The position numbers were made by a program, and so were the translations under genes. Positions 18,017 through 27,195 of a stretch of 64,000 nucleotides of DNA are shown here, piece by piece. The stretch lies in the IMG/VR virus record IMGVR_UViG_3300027518_000008; one strand, 5' to 3'. The notes beneath the pieces were generated by a model. That model had not been told where the DNA came from. It saw only the letters and a list, made by a program, of their open reading frames with translations, and searched no databases. Positions within the stretch are counted from its first letter, which is position 1, and the number at the start of each line of letters is the position of its first letter. This stretch comes from a virus.

Positions 18017-18188
18017 GTTTTGCTTCTCATGCCAACGGGACAGGAACAAGGAAAACGGAAGTTACATAATTAGAAAGGGAAACAAACAATGGAAATGTAT
18101 GGACTGTCAACAGAAACGCTGGTTCTCTACGCAACCATCGCCCTCGCAATCGCCGGTTACAGGACGAGATAATGAAAAACACGACTAG
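17982..18188 (+). CDS. Small zinc-finger protein
   Basis: CFSC...WKCMDC; homolog at 48726-48914. Confidence 0.55.
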   Translation: MNLKMDNVLKTKFCFSCQRDRNKENGSYIIRKGNKQWKCMDCQQKRWFSTQPSPSQSPVTGRDNEKHD

Positions 18189-18390
18189 AATCTACGAGGT
18201 AATCTTCAACTCGAAGGAACCCGTAACCCTGAACGCAATCAAGACGGCGTTGGACATGAAGCCAGGTATCTGTTCCGGCTCCCTTGCAAGCCTTCTCAAG
18301 TCTGGGCAGATAGAACGGGTGCAACTAACCGCAGAAAAAGGGCGAAAAAATATCTGGGGATATGTTGCAAAAAGTCAACAAAAAGAGTAG
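18172..18390 (+). CDS. Small winged-HTH-like protein
   Basis: L..I...L.MKPG..SGSL..L...GQIER. Confidence 0.5.
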   Translation: MKNTTRIYEVIFNSKEPVTLNAIKTALDMKPGICSGSLASLLKSGQIERVQLTAEKGRKNIWGYVAKSQQKE

Positions 18391-18442
18391 CATTGTCGGT
18401 GGAGTAGTGCGCCTCCTCCTCAGCCTACTCCTTCAAGCCCTC

Positions 18443-18476
18443 AAACCCCCTCAGTCAAAAGCTGGGGGGGTTTTCT
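18443..18476 (+). terminator. Rho-independent terminator
   Basis: AAACCCCCTCAG-TCAAAAG-CTGGGGGGGTTTTCTT hairpin plus T tract. Confidence 0.65.
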
Positions 18477-18491
18477 TATAAGGTGATAACC

Positions 18492-18566
18492 ATGTACGGA
18501 AAAAAGCCAATGAAGCCCGCCAAGCCCGCTAAAAAAGCACCTGGCAAGTACGCTCCCAAGAAATGA
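18492..18566 (+). CDS. Lys/Pro-rich 24-aa peptide
   Basis: AGGTGA RBS; MYGKKPMKPAKPAKKAPGKYAPKK. Confidence 0.55.
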   Translation: MYGKKPMKPAKPAKKAPGKYAPKK

Positions 18567-18898
18567 AGGGGCCGACAATAATGATTGGGCTACTTGGGAA
18601 GCCAAGGGAGTCCAAGGAGATGGAAGGCGGTCTGCTAGACGAAAGCGGCGAGTGTCCGCTTGCGACGCAGGACGAGACCATCAACAAGGGCAACAAGCAA
18701 AAAGCCATCCTGACCGCCAGATACGGCCCTAGCGAGGGCGAAGAAAAGTGCGGGAACTGCGAGTACGGCATGAAGTTAAAGGGCTGTGGACTCGGCAAGG
18801 ACGAAGTTTTCTGCGACGTTTATCAATTTAAGTGCTCCAAGGAAAACGTCTGCGACGCTTGGGAAAGCATGGAAGAAGACGAAGAAGAATCGGATTAA
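18563..18898 (+). CDS. Cys-rich acidic protein, HiPIP-like motif
   Basis: KCGNCEY...FCDVY...VCDAW. Confidence 0.5.
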   Translation: MKGPTIMIGLLGKPRESKEMEGGLLDESGECPLATQDETINKGNKQKAILTARYGPSEGEEKCGNCEYGMKLKGCGLGKDEVFCDVYQFKCSKENVCDAWESMEEDEEESD

Positions 18899-18930
18899 CG
18901 ACTTCTTTAACTGCCCAACAGGAGATTAAA

Positions 18931-19089
18931 ATGCCCTTTCGCTCGAAGCAGCAAGCCAAACTAATGTTTGCCGCAGCCGCGTCCCCAAAGGTCGCCAAGG
19001 CTACGGGTGTCCCCCAGAAGGTAGCCAAGAAGATGGTCAAGGAAGGGCAGTCTAGCCTGAAGAAACTACCGAAAAGGGTAAAGAAATGA
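18931..19089 (+). CDS. Small basic protein
   Basis: GGAG RBS; MPFRSKQQAKLMFAAA...KKLPKRVKK. Confidence 0.65.
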   Translation: MPFRSKQQAKLMFAAAASPKVAKATGVPQKVAKKMVKEGQSSLKKLPKRVKK

Positions 19090-19244
19090 AAGAAGTCTAC
19101 GAGAAGGCTAGACCCAAGAAGTTAGGCAAGCCCAAGGCTCTCAGCCCCAACCAGAAGGCTGCCGCCAAGCGGTTCGCCAAGTCCACGGGTACTAAATACC
19201 CCTCCCTGCTCGCCAATATGCGCGGGGCGCAAGCCAAGAAATGA
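19086..19244 (+). CDS. Small basic protein (52 aa)
   Basis: Hand translation MKEVYEKARPKKLGKPK...YPSLLANM; ATGA overlaps. Confidence 0.6.
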   Translation: MKEVYEKARPKKLGKPKALSPNQKAAAKRFAKSTGTKYPSLLANMRGAQAKK

Positions 19245-19579
19245 AGATAAAGGACGCTGCCAAGCGGTTCGAAGCCTATGACAGAGCAACTACGAAGAAA
19301 ATGGCCGAACATAATCGGTCTGGTGGAGATGTTCGCGCACCTGTTAGGTCGCTCAAAGGAGCCTCAACGGGCGACAAGTACGACCGCGCCAAGTTCATCT
19401 ACCGCAAAGCAGCCCAAGCTCTCAGCGCAGGTCACCCTCTTAAAGACGAAAAAGGCAGAGCCACGCCAGCCGCGCTCCAGTTCAAACGCTGGGCAGCCAA
19501 AGTCCCGCAAAACCAAGCCGACCTCCAAGACCTCAAAGCGCTCGGCACAAGGCTAAAAGAGAGATATAAGCCTAAGTGA
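19241..19579 (+). CDS. Basic protein
   Basis: KDEKGRAT...WA motif shared with 58083-58355. Confidence 0.6.
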   Translation: MKIKDAAKRFEAYDRATTKKMAEHNRSGGDVRAPVRSLKGASTGDKYDRAKFIYRKAAQALSAGHPLKDEKGRATPAALQFKRWAAKVPQNQADLQDLKALGTRLKERYKPK

Positions 19580-20097
19580 AACTCAACCTTGGCTCAGGCA
19601 AGGATTGGCGCAAGGACTGCATAAACGCTGACATCCAACCGGAGAAGAAACCCGATTGGGTGCTAGACATTACACAAGTCCCGTGGGGCGAGGTGATAGA
19701 CACCCGTCTAGGGAGGTTCCCCGTAGAAAAGGGAATGTTTACCGAGATTATCGCCAACGATGTCTTGGAACACATCCCAGACCTAGTATCCGCGATGACT
19801 AACTGCCGAGACCTGCTAAAGCGGGGAGGCGAGATGCACATCCATGTGCCTTATGACCTAAGTCTAGGGGCATGGCAAGACCCGACTCATGTGCGGGCGT
19901 TCAACGAAAACTCATTCTTATATTACACAGATTGGCATTGGTATCTAAACTGGGAGGAGAAGTTCACCTGCACGCAGATGGGGTTTGAACTCTCAGACCT
20001 AGGACACGAATTGAGGGAGGAAAAGATTCCCTTAGAGAGAATTATCCGCACCCCTCGTGCCGTAGATGCCCTGCAAGTCATACTCAAGAAGGATTGA
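19576..20097 (+). CDS. Class I SAM-dependent methyltransferase (type 11-like)
   Basis: LNLGSG, NDVLEHI, DPTHVRAF. Confidence 0.8.
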   Translation: MKLNLGSGKDWRKDCINADIQPEKKPDWVLDITQVPWGEVIDTRLGRFPVEKGMFTEIIANDVLEHIPDLVSAMTNCRDLLKRGGEMHIHVPYDLSLGAWQDPTHVRAFNENSFLYYTDWHWYLNWEEKFTCTQMGFELSDLGHELREEKIPLERIIRTPRAVDALQVILKKD

Positions 20098-20098
20098 T

Positions 20099-20167
20099 AT
20101 GTTACATACCCTGTGGTCAGACATAAAATTATTAGCCAAGCGTATTCTTGCAAAGCTAGGACTGTAA
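20099..20167 (+). CDS. 22-aa amphipathic peptide
   Basis: AAGGA RBS; MLHTLWSDIKLLAKRILAKLGL; fills the gap exactly. Confidence 0.35.
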   Translation: MLHTLWSDIKLLAKRILAKLGL

Positions 20168-21934
20168 GTGGCATACCCGTATGATGGGATGTTCTATCCC
20201 ACCCTCCCCGAGGACACGCAGGACTTTCCGGCGGTCTTATCCGGCGTAGGCAGAAGCCTCAGAGAGATAGGGCGCTCGACCCAATACCTGCCGTATGACG
20301 TTCTTGGCGCACCCGTAGACATAGCCACACTTGTTGCTCGCCCGTTTGGGTATCAGACCCAGACCCCGGTAGGCGGTAGTGATTGGCTCATAGACTTAGC
20401 AAGACAGTATGGGATTGCTGACAAACCCACGGGGTCGGGAACAGAGACTCTTACCCGCCTAGCGGTAGGTGTGCCTAGTCCCGTAGCTGTACCTCGCGCC
20501 ATTGGTGCGTTTGCACAGGGATTAGAGCGTGCAAGCGACATCACCACAGAACAGGCTAACAGGGCGGCAGACGCTCTAGTACGGGCAGTAACAGGCAACC
20601 CACAGGCAACGGCTCCACAGGTCTTACAAGAGACCGCTATGCCGTTTATGCAAGCCGTAGCACCAAAAGCACCAAGCCTATTAGAGTCCGCGCCACGAGA
20701 GTCATTTGTCCCTGGCGTTGAAGCAGGAAAAGAATTGATTGTGCATCACAACATTACGCCAGAGAAGTTGGCGAAAGTTGAAAAGATTGGCGGTATGCCG
20801 GTTCCGTCAATTGCCATTTCAAACGTAGAAAACCCTTTAAGTGGGTTTGGTGAGATTTCGCTTATTGGCAATCCGTCAATGGCTAACCCATCGGCAAAAA
20901 ATCCGGTATTTGGTTTTGATGCTTATACGGCTCGCGCCCCAAGAGTTGATTACAAAATTGACGACAAGTCTGCCAAAAAATTAGAAGACGTTTTTGCAGA
21001 TGTCAAAGAAAATTTAAGCGACTACGACGCAAAAACTAGCGTTTATAGGCTTGTTGACAACTGGGGAGACAGAGAATACTCAGAAATTATGAAGGTAAAA
21101 TTCCTCAAAGAAAAAGGAATGTTGCCAAACAAAGAGGATTTTAACGAAAAGTATAAGTATTCCCAGGCAATACAAGACAGCGTCTACAACGCAAAATCAG
21201 AGTACGCAGATTGGTTAAACGACTTTGACAAAAAACTACCCGGATTAGGGGTAAACGTCGAGGAGCGCATATTTAAGGGTTACACGGATGCAGGAAACCG
21301 TAGGTACGCCGCTGTAACCTTAGAAAACCTAGTAAAAGAAATGAAGGGTGGCGCTGGGTCAGAAAATTTCAATTACGGAATTGGCAACCTTCGTGCTGTT
21401 GCCAGCCCAAAGTTTAGAAAATTAGACGATATTAAAACCTCAAGGGATAAAATTGTTCCGTCAGAGGAATTCAAAAAAGTCAAAGAAGAAATCAATGATG
21501 CTTATGATGCTTTGACACACAGAATTTATAAGTTAAGCGATAAAGAAGGTTATGGTTATAGTCCAACAGATGTTTTATATGACATTGGGCAGGCAAGAAA
21601 CGTCAATTTATTGGACAGATTCAAGTCTGGCGCAGATGACCAGTTAAAGGCAGACATTGGGATTTTCATTAAAAAACTGCAACAACTACCAACCGAATAC
21701 TTTGAAATTAAGCCTCAACGTGCGGTTAGCGTTTCTGAGTTTGAGGGCGCTATTGTTCCGGCTAACGCTCCTAAAAGGTCTATCGAATACCTAAGAAGTC
21801 AGGGCATAAACGACATTTATTTTTACGAAACCCCAGAAGAACGCAAGGCGCTGTTTAAGAAGTTTGGGAACCAAATGTTCGGCGCTGCTCCCGCTTTACC
21901 CGCACTAGGACTACTAGGCAGCGAAGAAGAATAG
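20168..21934 (+). CDS. 588-aa modular protein, polyvalent-protein-like domain
   Basis: GAPVD...GGSDW leader, HHNIT...GGMPVPSIAI and YFEIKPQRAV core, GLLGSEEE end. Confidence 0.7.
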   Translation: MAYPYDGMFYPTLPEDTQDFPAVLSGVGRSLREIGRSTQYLPYDVLGAPVDIATLVARPFGYQTQTPVGGSDWLIDLARQYGIADKPTGSGTETLTRLAVGVPSPVAVPRAIGAFAQGLERASDITTEQANRAADALVRAVTGNPQATAPQVLQETAMPFMQAVAPKAPSLLESAPRESFVPGVEAGKELIVHHNITPEKLAKVEKIGGMPVPSIAISNVENPLSGFGEISLIGNPSMANPSAKNPVFGFDAYTARAPRVDYKIDDKSAKKLEDVFADVKENLSDYDAKTSVYRLVDNWGDREYSEIMKVKFLKEKGMLPNKEDFNEKYKYSQAIQDSVYNAKSEYADWLNDFDKKLPGLGVNVEERIFKGYTDAGNRRYAAVTLENLVKEMKGGAGSENFNYGIGNLRAVASPKFRKLDDIKTSRDKIVPSEEFKKVKEEINDAYDALTHRIYKLSDKEGYGYSPTDVLYDIGQARNVNLLDRFKSGADDQLKADIGIFIKKLQQLPTEYFEIKPQRAVSVSEFEGAIVPANAPKRSIEYLRSQGINDIYFYETPEERKALFKKFGNQMFGAAPALPALGLLGSEEE

Positions 21935-21981
21935 TTGTATAATTACCACAGTTATACCGAACAACCACCAAGGATTCGGAC

Positions 21982-22284
21982 ATGGAAATCAGTAAAGTAG
22001 GGGAAATTACAGAACGCAAGCTCCCGCCTAACGCTGGCAAGGGAAGGCCACCAGGAACGCCTAATAAGTCCACAGCGGCGGTCAGAGAGGCCATTGCTAG
22101 GATGGCAGAGGACAACGCAGAGAACTTCGCTGAGTGGCTCACAAAGGTCGCCAAGGAGAGTCCTGAAAAGGCGTGCGACATCTACCTAAAGGCGATTGAG
22201 TACCACATCCCCAAACTAGCGAGAACAGAAGTAACAGGCGCAGAGAACGGCCCGCTGACCATTAAGGTGGTCACGGGAATATGA
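21982..22284 (+). CDS. terS: Terminase small subunit (putative)
   Basis: GRPPGTPNK N-term, EVTGAENGPL C-term, overlaps terL. Confidence 0.65.
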   Translation: MEISKVGEITERKLPPNAGKGRPPGTPNKSTAAVREAIARMAEDNAENFAEWLTKVAKESPEKACDIYLKAIEYHIPKLARTEVTGAENGPLTIKVVTGI

Positions 22285-23552
22285 CCGAAGCGGTAATTGA
22301 GACCGGATACAAGCCAAGGGCAGAGCAAAGACAGATTCACGATGCCGTGGAGAGTCACCGCTTTGTTGTGGTTGTGGCTCACCGCCGGATGGGAAAGACT
22401 GTGGCTGCGCTTAACCAACTCATCCACGCCTCCTTGCAATGCGACAAGCCAGACCCAAGATTTGCCTACATTGCTCCGACTTACGGACAGGCCAAGCGGG
22501 TTGCGTGGGACTACTTATGCAACTTCACGAGACCGCTCAAAGCCGAGGCAAACATCTCGGAGTTGCGTGTAGACTTCTACGGCAGGAGAATACAGTTATA
22601 TGGCTCAGACAACCCCGATTCTTTGCGAGGCCAATACTTCGACGGCGTTATTCTGGACGAGATTGGTGACCAGAACCCAAAGATATGGAACGAGATTATT
22701 CGCCCTGCTCTCACGGATAGGCATACAGACCAGCAACCTACTTGGGCGCTATTTCTAGGAACGCCAAAGGGTGCAAACCACTTTAAAGATTTTAGAGACC
22801 GGGCAGAGAAAGAGCCAGAGTGGAAGTTACTGGAGTTCAGGGCTTCGCAGACGAACATACTTGCAAAAGAGGAACTGCTCGCTGCTAAGAAAGAAATGGG
22901 TGATGATAAGTATGCCCAAGAGTTCGAGTGTTCCTTTGACAGTCCGGTTGAGGGCGCGTATTACGCTGCTACGCTTAACGGCTTGCCAGCGGAGAGATTC
23001 AAGGAATTTGCGCGGGATGATTTATGCAAGACTTATACCGCATGGGACTTGGGCGTTGGTGATTCGACGGCTATCTGGGTCTGCCAAATTGCGGGGCAAG
23101 AGCGTAGGCTACTTGATTTCGTGGAGAACCACGGAGTCGGCTTAGATTGGTATGTGAACTGGATACGCAACAATGAATACACAAATGCCGAGCATATTCT
23201 TCCCCATGATGTCGAGGTACGCGAGTTGGGGACAGGAAAGAGCCGAAAGGAAGCCCTGCAAAACCTCGGACTCAACATTACCGTCTGCCCCCGAATGTCA
23301 GTCGATGATGGGATACAAGCCGTTAGAAGGTTTCTACCTAATTGCTACTTCCATCCACGAGTTAAACAAGGCACAGATGCACTACGCAACTACCGCCGAG
23401 AGTACGATGAGAAGCGCAATGTTTTCTACGACAAGCCCCTGCATGATTGGTCAAGCCACGCTTCGGATGCCTTTAGGTATCTCGCTGTGGGCTTAAATAC
23501 GACCTCGACTTGGGCTAAACCGCTTAACGTGAACACGAAATGGATTGTCTAA
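22281..23552 (+). CDS. terL: Terminase large subunit
   Basis: HRRMGKT, LRGQYFDGVILDE, GTPKG, HDWSSHASDAFRY. Confidence 0.93.
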   Translation: MTEAVIETGYKPRAEQRQIHDAVESHRFVVVVAHRRMGKTVAALNQLIHASLQCDKPDPRFAYIAPTYGQAKRVAWDYLCNFTRPLKAEANISELRVDFYGRRIQLYGSDNPDSLRGQYFDGVILDEIGDQNPKIWNEIIRPALTDRHTDQQPTWALFLGTPKGANHFKDFRDRAEKEPEWKLLEFRASQTNILAKEELLAAKKEMGDDKYAQEFECSFDSPVEGAYYAATLNGLPAERFKEFARDDLCKTYTAWDLGVGDSTAIWVCQIAGQERRLLDFVENHGVGLDWYVNWIRNNEYTNAEHILPHDVEVRELGTGKSRKEALQNLGLNITVCPRMSVDDGIQAVRRFLPNCYFHPRVKQGTDALRNYRREYDEKRNVFYDKPLHDWSSHASDAFRYLAVGLNTTSTWAKPLNVNTKWIV

Positions 23553-25619
23553 ATGCAAGAATTTGACCTACAAGCCATCATAGAGAACGAGATAGACAAC
23601 GCTCTCGGCTATATCAATACCGAGACCGTAGAGGAACGCCGCGACTCGCTCATGGCGTACAACCGCGAACCCTACGGTAACGAGGTAGAGGGACGCTCCA
23701 CCATCGTTACAGGCGAGGTAGCAGAGGCCGTAGATGGTGCATTGCCACAACTCCTGCGTGTATTTACACAGTCCGACGACGTTGTACGGTTCGAGCCAAA
23801 GGCTCCCGGCGACGAGGAGAAGGCTAAGCAAGCCACCGAGTATTGCAACTGGGTGTTGATGAACGACAACCCAGGCTTTGAGGTATTCCAGACTTGGTTC
23901 AAGGACGCGCTCCTGCAAAAGAACGGCGTAATCAAGGTCTGGTGGAACGACGAGACCTCGGTTGACAAAGAGAAGTATCAGAACCTCTCCGAGGAAGAAC
24001 TGACCATGTTGCTCTCTGACGGGCAGATGGAAGTGGTCAAGCAAAAGCAGACTCAGATTGGGGAAGTCCCGATGCCTGTTGACCCGATGGCGGTTCAGCA
24101 AGCGATGGCTCAAGGTCTGCCCCCACCGGCTCCCATGATGCAGCCCGTGTTCGCCTACGATGTCACGGTCAAGAAGATAGACAAGAAGGGTTCGGTCAAG
24201 GTCGAGAACGTACCGCCCGAGGAGTTCCTAATCTCCAAGAAGGCCCGCCGGATAGCAGATGCCCCGTTTGTGGCTCACCGTAGGCTCACGACCCGCTCTG
24301 AGTTAATCAGCATGGGGTTCGATGCAGACGAGATTGACGCTCTGCCAGCCTATGACGACCTGACGTTCACCCCTGAGAGGGTTGCAAGATTCCCTAACGG
24401 CGAGCAACCAGACGACCCTAGCCTTGATACCAGCATGGACGAGATTGAGACGTTCGAGTGCTATATCAGGACGGACTACGACGAGGACGGTATTGCCGAA
24501 CTCCGCAGGGTGTTCTACGCTGGCGGCACAATCCTAGAGAACGAGGAAGCAGACTTCATCCCGTTCTGCTCCGTCTGCCCAATCCCCATGCCCCACAAGT
24601 TCTTCGGGCATAGCCTTGCAGACAGGGTTGTGGACATCCAGAAGATTAAGACTACGATTACCCGTCAGATGTTGGATAACCTGTATCTTTCTAACAACGC
24701 TCGTATGGCGGTGGTAGATGGTCAGGTCAACCTAGACGATATGCTCACGGTCACACCTGGCGGCATAGTTCGGGTCAAGAACAACGCAGCTATCACTCCC
24801 CTCGCCGTCCCCTTGGTCGCCGGTCAAGCCTTCCCAATGCTTGCCTACATGGACGAGGTACAGCAGAAGCGCACAGGCGTTACAAACGCTTCTCAGGGCT
24901 TAGACCCCAACATCCTGCAAAACGCTACCGCTACCGCCGTGGCTATGGTTCAGAACGCAGGTGCGGCAAAGGTAGAGTTGATTGCTCGGATATTTGCCGA
25001 AACAGGGGTAAAAGACCTGTTCAAGCACATCCTGCACTTGGTCTGCAAGTATCAGGACAAGGAAAGAATTGTGCGGATGCGTGGCAAGTTTGTGTCCATC
25101 GACCCCCGCGAGTGGAGCAACGAGTACGACCTGACGGTAAACGTTGGTCTCGGCACAGGAAACAGAGAGCAACAGATGGCGATGGTAGCCGCAATCCTGC
25201 AAAAGCAAGAGCAGATTCTAACTACCGCAGGAATCAATAACCCGTTCGTCTCGCCCGCCCAATACCGCAATACTCTTGGTCGCTTCATCGAGTCCGCAGG
25301 GTTTAAGGACACCAACGAGTTCTTCCGCGAGATTACGCCTGAGATGGAGCAGCAGATGATGGCTCCACAACAGCCTCAAGGAAACCCTGCTCTTGACGCG
25401 GCAATTGCTCAAGCTCAAGCCCAGATTCAGATTGACCAAGCAAAAGCCCAAAACGATATTCAGTTGGCTCGGGAGAAGGCTCAAGCACAGATTCAGTTAG
25501 AGCGCGAAAAAGCAATTGCTAACTTACAGCTTAAGACCGCAGAGTTCCAAGCGGAAGCCCAACTAAAAGCGGCTAAAGTTGGGGCAGAAATTACTGGAAA
25601 CGTGGAGATACCAGGATGA
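23553..25619 (+). CDS. Portal protein, P22-like
   Basis: Follows terL; 688 aa with Q/A-rich C-terminal barrel. Confidence 0.88.
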   Translation: MQEFDLQAIIENEIDNALGYINTETVEERRDSLMAYNREPYGNEVEGRSTIVTGEVAEAVDGALPQLLRVFTQSDDVVRFEPKAPGDEEKAKQATEYCNWVLMNDNPGFEVFQTWFKDALLQKNGVIKVWWNDETSVDKEKYQNLSEEELTMLLSDGQMEVVKQKQTQIGEVPMPVDPMAVQQAMAQGLPPPAPMMQPVFAYDVTVKKIDKKGSVKVENVPPEEFLISKKARRIADAPFVAHRRLTTRSELISMGFDADEIDALPAYDDLTFTPERVARFPNGEQPDDPSLDTSMDEIETFECYIRTDYDEDGIAELRRVFYAGGTILENEEADFIPFCSVCPIPMPHKFFGHSLADRVVDIQKIKTTITRQMLDNLYLSNNARMAVVDGQVNLDDMLTVTPGGIVRVKNNAAITPLAVPLVAGQAFPMLAYMDEVQQKRTGVTNASQGLDPNILQNATATAVAMVQNAGAAKVELIARIFAETGVKDLFKHILHLVCKYQDKERIVRMRGKFVSIDPREWSNEYDLTVNVGLGTGNREQQMAMVAAILQKQEQILTTAGINNPFVSPAQYRNTLGRFIESAGFKDTNEFFREITPEMEQQMMAPQQPQGNPALDAAIAQAQAQIQIDQAKAQNDIQLAREKAQAQIQLEREKAIANLQLKTAEFQAEAQLKAAKVGAEITGNVEIPG

Positions 25620-25987
25620 GTGGAAGCAATAGTTCAACCGTAACGTCTGGCGGCTCTGTTACGCCATACGGGGGGATAACCCCAATTGGGCAATTATTTC
25701 AAGAAGCCTTTACCAAAATCAGGATTGCTGAAAACCCACGGATGTGGGACTTAAACCCGCAGGTTAATTATGTTGCACCGCCCACAACACAAGACCTTTT
25801 CCCATATATCGTCCAAGGGCTACAACAGGCTCGACTAAACCAGTTTGCTGGGCAACTTCCTAACTACTCGTTTGGGGCGGCAAGGTTTGTACCAACTGGA
25901 GCAAACCAGTTCCTAGTTGGGCAAATACCGCAATTAAACTATTCTTTGCCACAGGCCAGCGCAACACAAAGTCAAGCGACTAAATGA
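25616..25987 (+). CDS. Gln/Pro-rich hypothetical protein
   Basis: ORF with ATGA overlap of portal stop. Confidence 0.55.
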   Translation: MSGSNSSTVTSGGSVTPYGGITPIGQLFQEAFTKIRIAENPRMWDLNPQVNYVAPPTTQDLFPYIVQGLQQARLNQFAGQLPNYSFGAARFVPTGANQFLVGQIPQLNYSLPQASATQSQATK

Positions 25988-26217
25988 ACGAAACAGAACG
26001 GGCAATAGCCCTCCTGAACGACGAGTTCTTTATGGGTGTTGTAGAAAAGCAACGCCTGATGTATATTTCCAACATATTAGATAGTTCTGACGAGGACGTA
26101 GATGTTCGTGAACGCGAGCGTCTAAAACTCAAGGGGCTAGAAGAATTTATTGCGTCACTCCGGTCTATCTCTGCCAACAAGGAGATAGACAAGAAACGCA
26201 AATTTATGGTTTTTTAA
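25984..26217 (+). CDS. Small head-module protein
   Basis: ERA..LLNDEFF...RE pattern before scaffold. Confidence 0.6.
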   Translation: MNETERAIALLNDEFFMGVVEKQRLMYISNILDSSDEDVDVRERERLKLKGLEEFIASLRSISANKEIDKKRKFMVF

Positions 26218-26235
26218 CCACAGTAGGAGTTCCAA

Positions 26236-27183
26236 ATGGAAGACACCAACCCGCAAGGGAGTGCAAAAACAGTAGACGATGCAGCAGCTCAAATCTTTGG
26301 GATGCTTGAACCAGAGCAGCCGGAAGGCCAAGCCGAGGCACAAGCCGAAGAAGTGACCGAGGAGTACGAGGCGCAAGCCGAGGAATCTGAGGATGAGCCA
26401 AGCGAGGAAGTCCAAGAAGAAGTCCAAGAACCACAAAGGTTTCGGGTCAAAGTTGACAACGAAGAACTGGAAGTGGACTTAGACGAACTGATTAAGGGCT
26501 ATTCACGCACATCTGACTACACTAAAAAGACGCAGAATCTAGCCGAGCAGCGCAAGGCAGTCGAATCCGAGCGCACGAAGATAGAGGAAGCCGCCAAACT
26601 TCGGGACACTTACGCCCAGCGGTTGCAAGTCATCGAGCAGATGTTGACACAACCAACGGAAGACCTGACCGCCCTAAAAGATAACGACCCCGTGGGGTAC
26701 GCAATCAAGGTGGCAGAGAATATGGAACGAGAAAAGCAACTCGCCGCTGTCCGCGCCGAACGCGAATCCGTCCAAGCCAAGCAGGTCGCAGAGAATCAAG
26801 AGCGACTGAAAGCCCATATCGCACAGGAAGCCGAGCGTCTACGTTCTGCCATCCCTGACTTTAGCGACGAGGTAAAAGGCGAGGTTATCCGCAAGGAGAT
26901 ACGGGATTACGCAAAATCGGTAGGCTGGTCAGACCAAGAGTTGTCGCAGGTGTACGACCACCGCGCCGTCTTAACTCTGTACCGGGCGATGCAATTCGAG
27001 AAATTGCAGAAGTCAAAACCTGCTGTCCAGAAACGGGTAGCAGAGGCTCCCAAGTCATTAGCACCTGGGGTCGGCTCTCAGCGCCTTGATAAGGACGGAG
27101 AGATGGTCAAGAAATTGACCAAGCAACTTAAACAAACTGGTCGCCCGCGAGACGCGGCGGCCTTATTCGAACGATTCCTCTAA
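26236..27183 (+). CDS. Capsid scaffolding protein
   Basis: Acidic N-term, VKVDNEE.EV.LDEL..GY...DYTKKTQ, coiled coil, position before capsid. Confidence 0.82.
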   Translation: MEDTNPQGSAKTVDDAAAQIFGMLEPEQPEGQAEAQAEEVTEEYEAQAEESEDEPSEEVQEEVQEPQRFRVKVDNEELEVDLDELIKGYSRTSDYTKKTQNLAEQRKAVESERTKIEEAAKLRDTYAQRLQVIEQMLTQPTEDLTALKDNDPVGYAIKVAENMEREKQLAAVRAERESVQAKQVAENQERLKAHIAQEAERLRSAIPDFSDEVKGEVIRKEIRDYAKSVGWSDQELSQVYDHRAVLTLYRAMQFEKLQKSKPAVQKRVAEAPKSLAPGVGSQRLDKDGEMVKKLTKQLKQTGRPRDAAALFERFL

Positions 27184-27195
27184 GGAGATTAGAAA

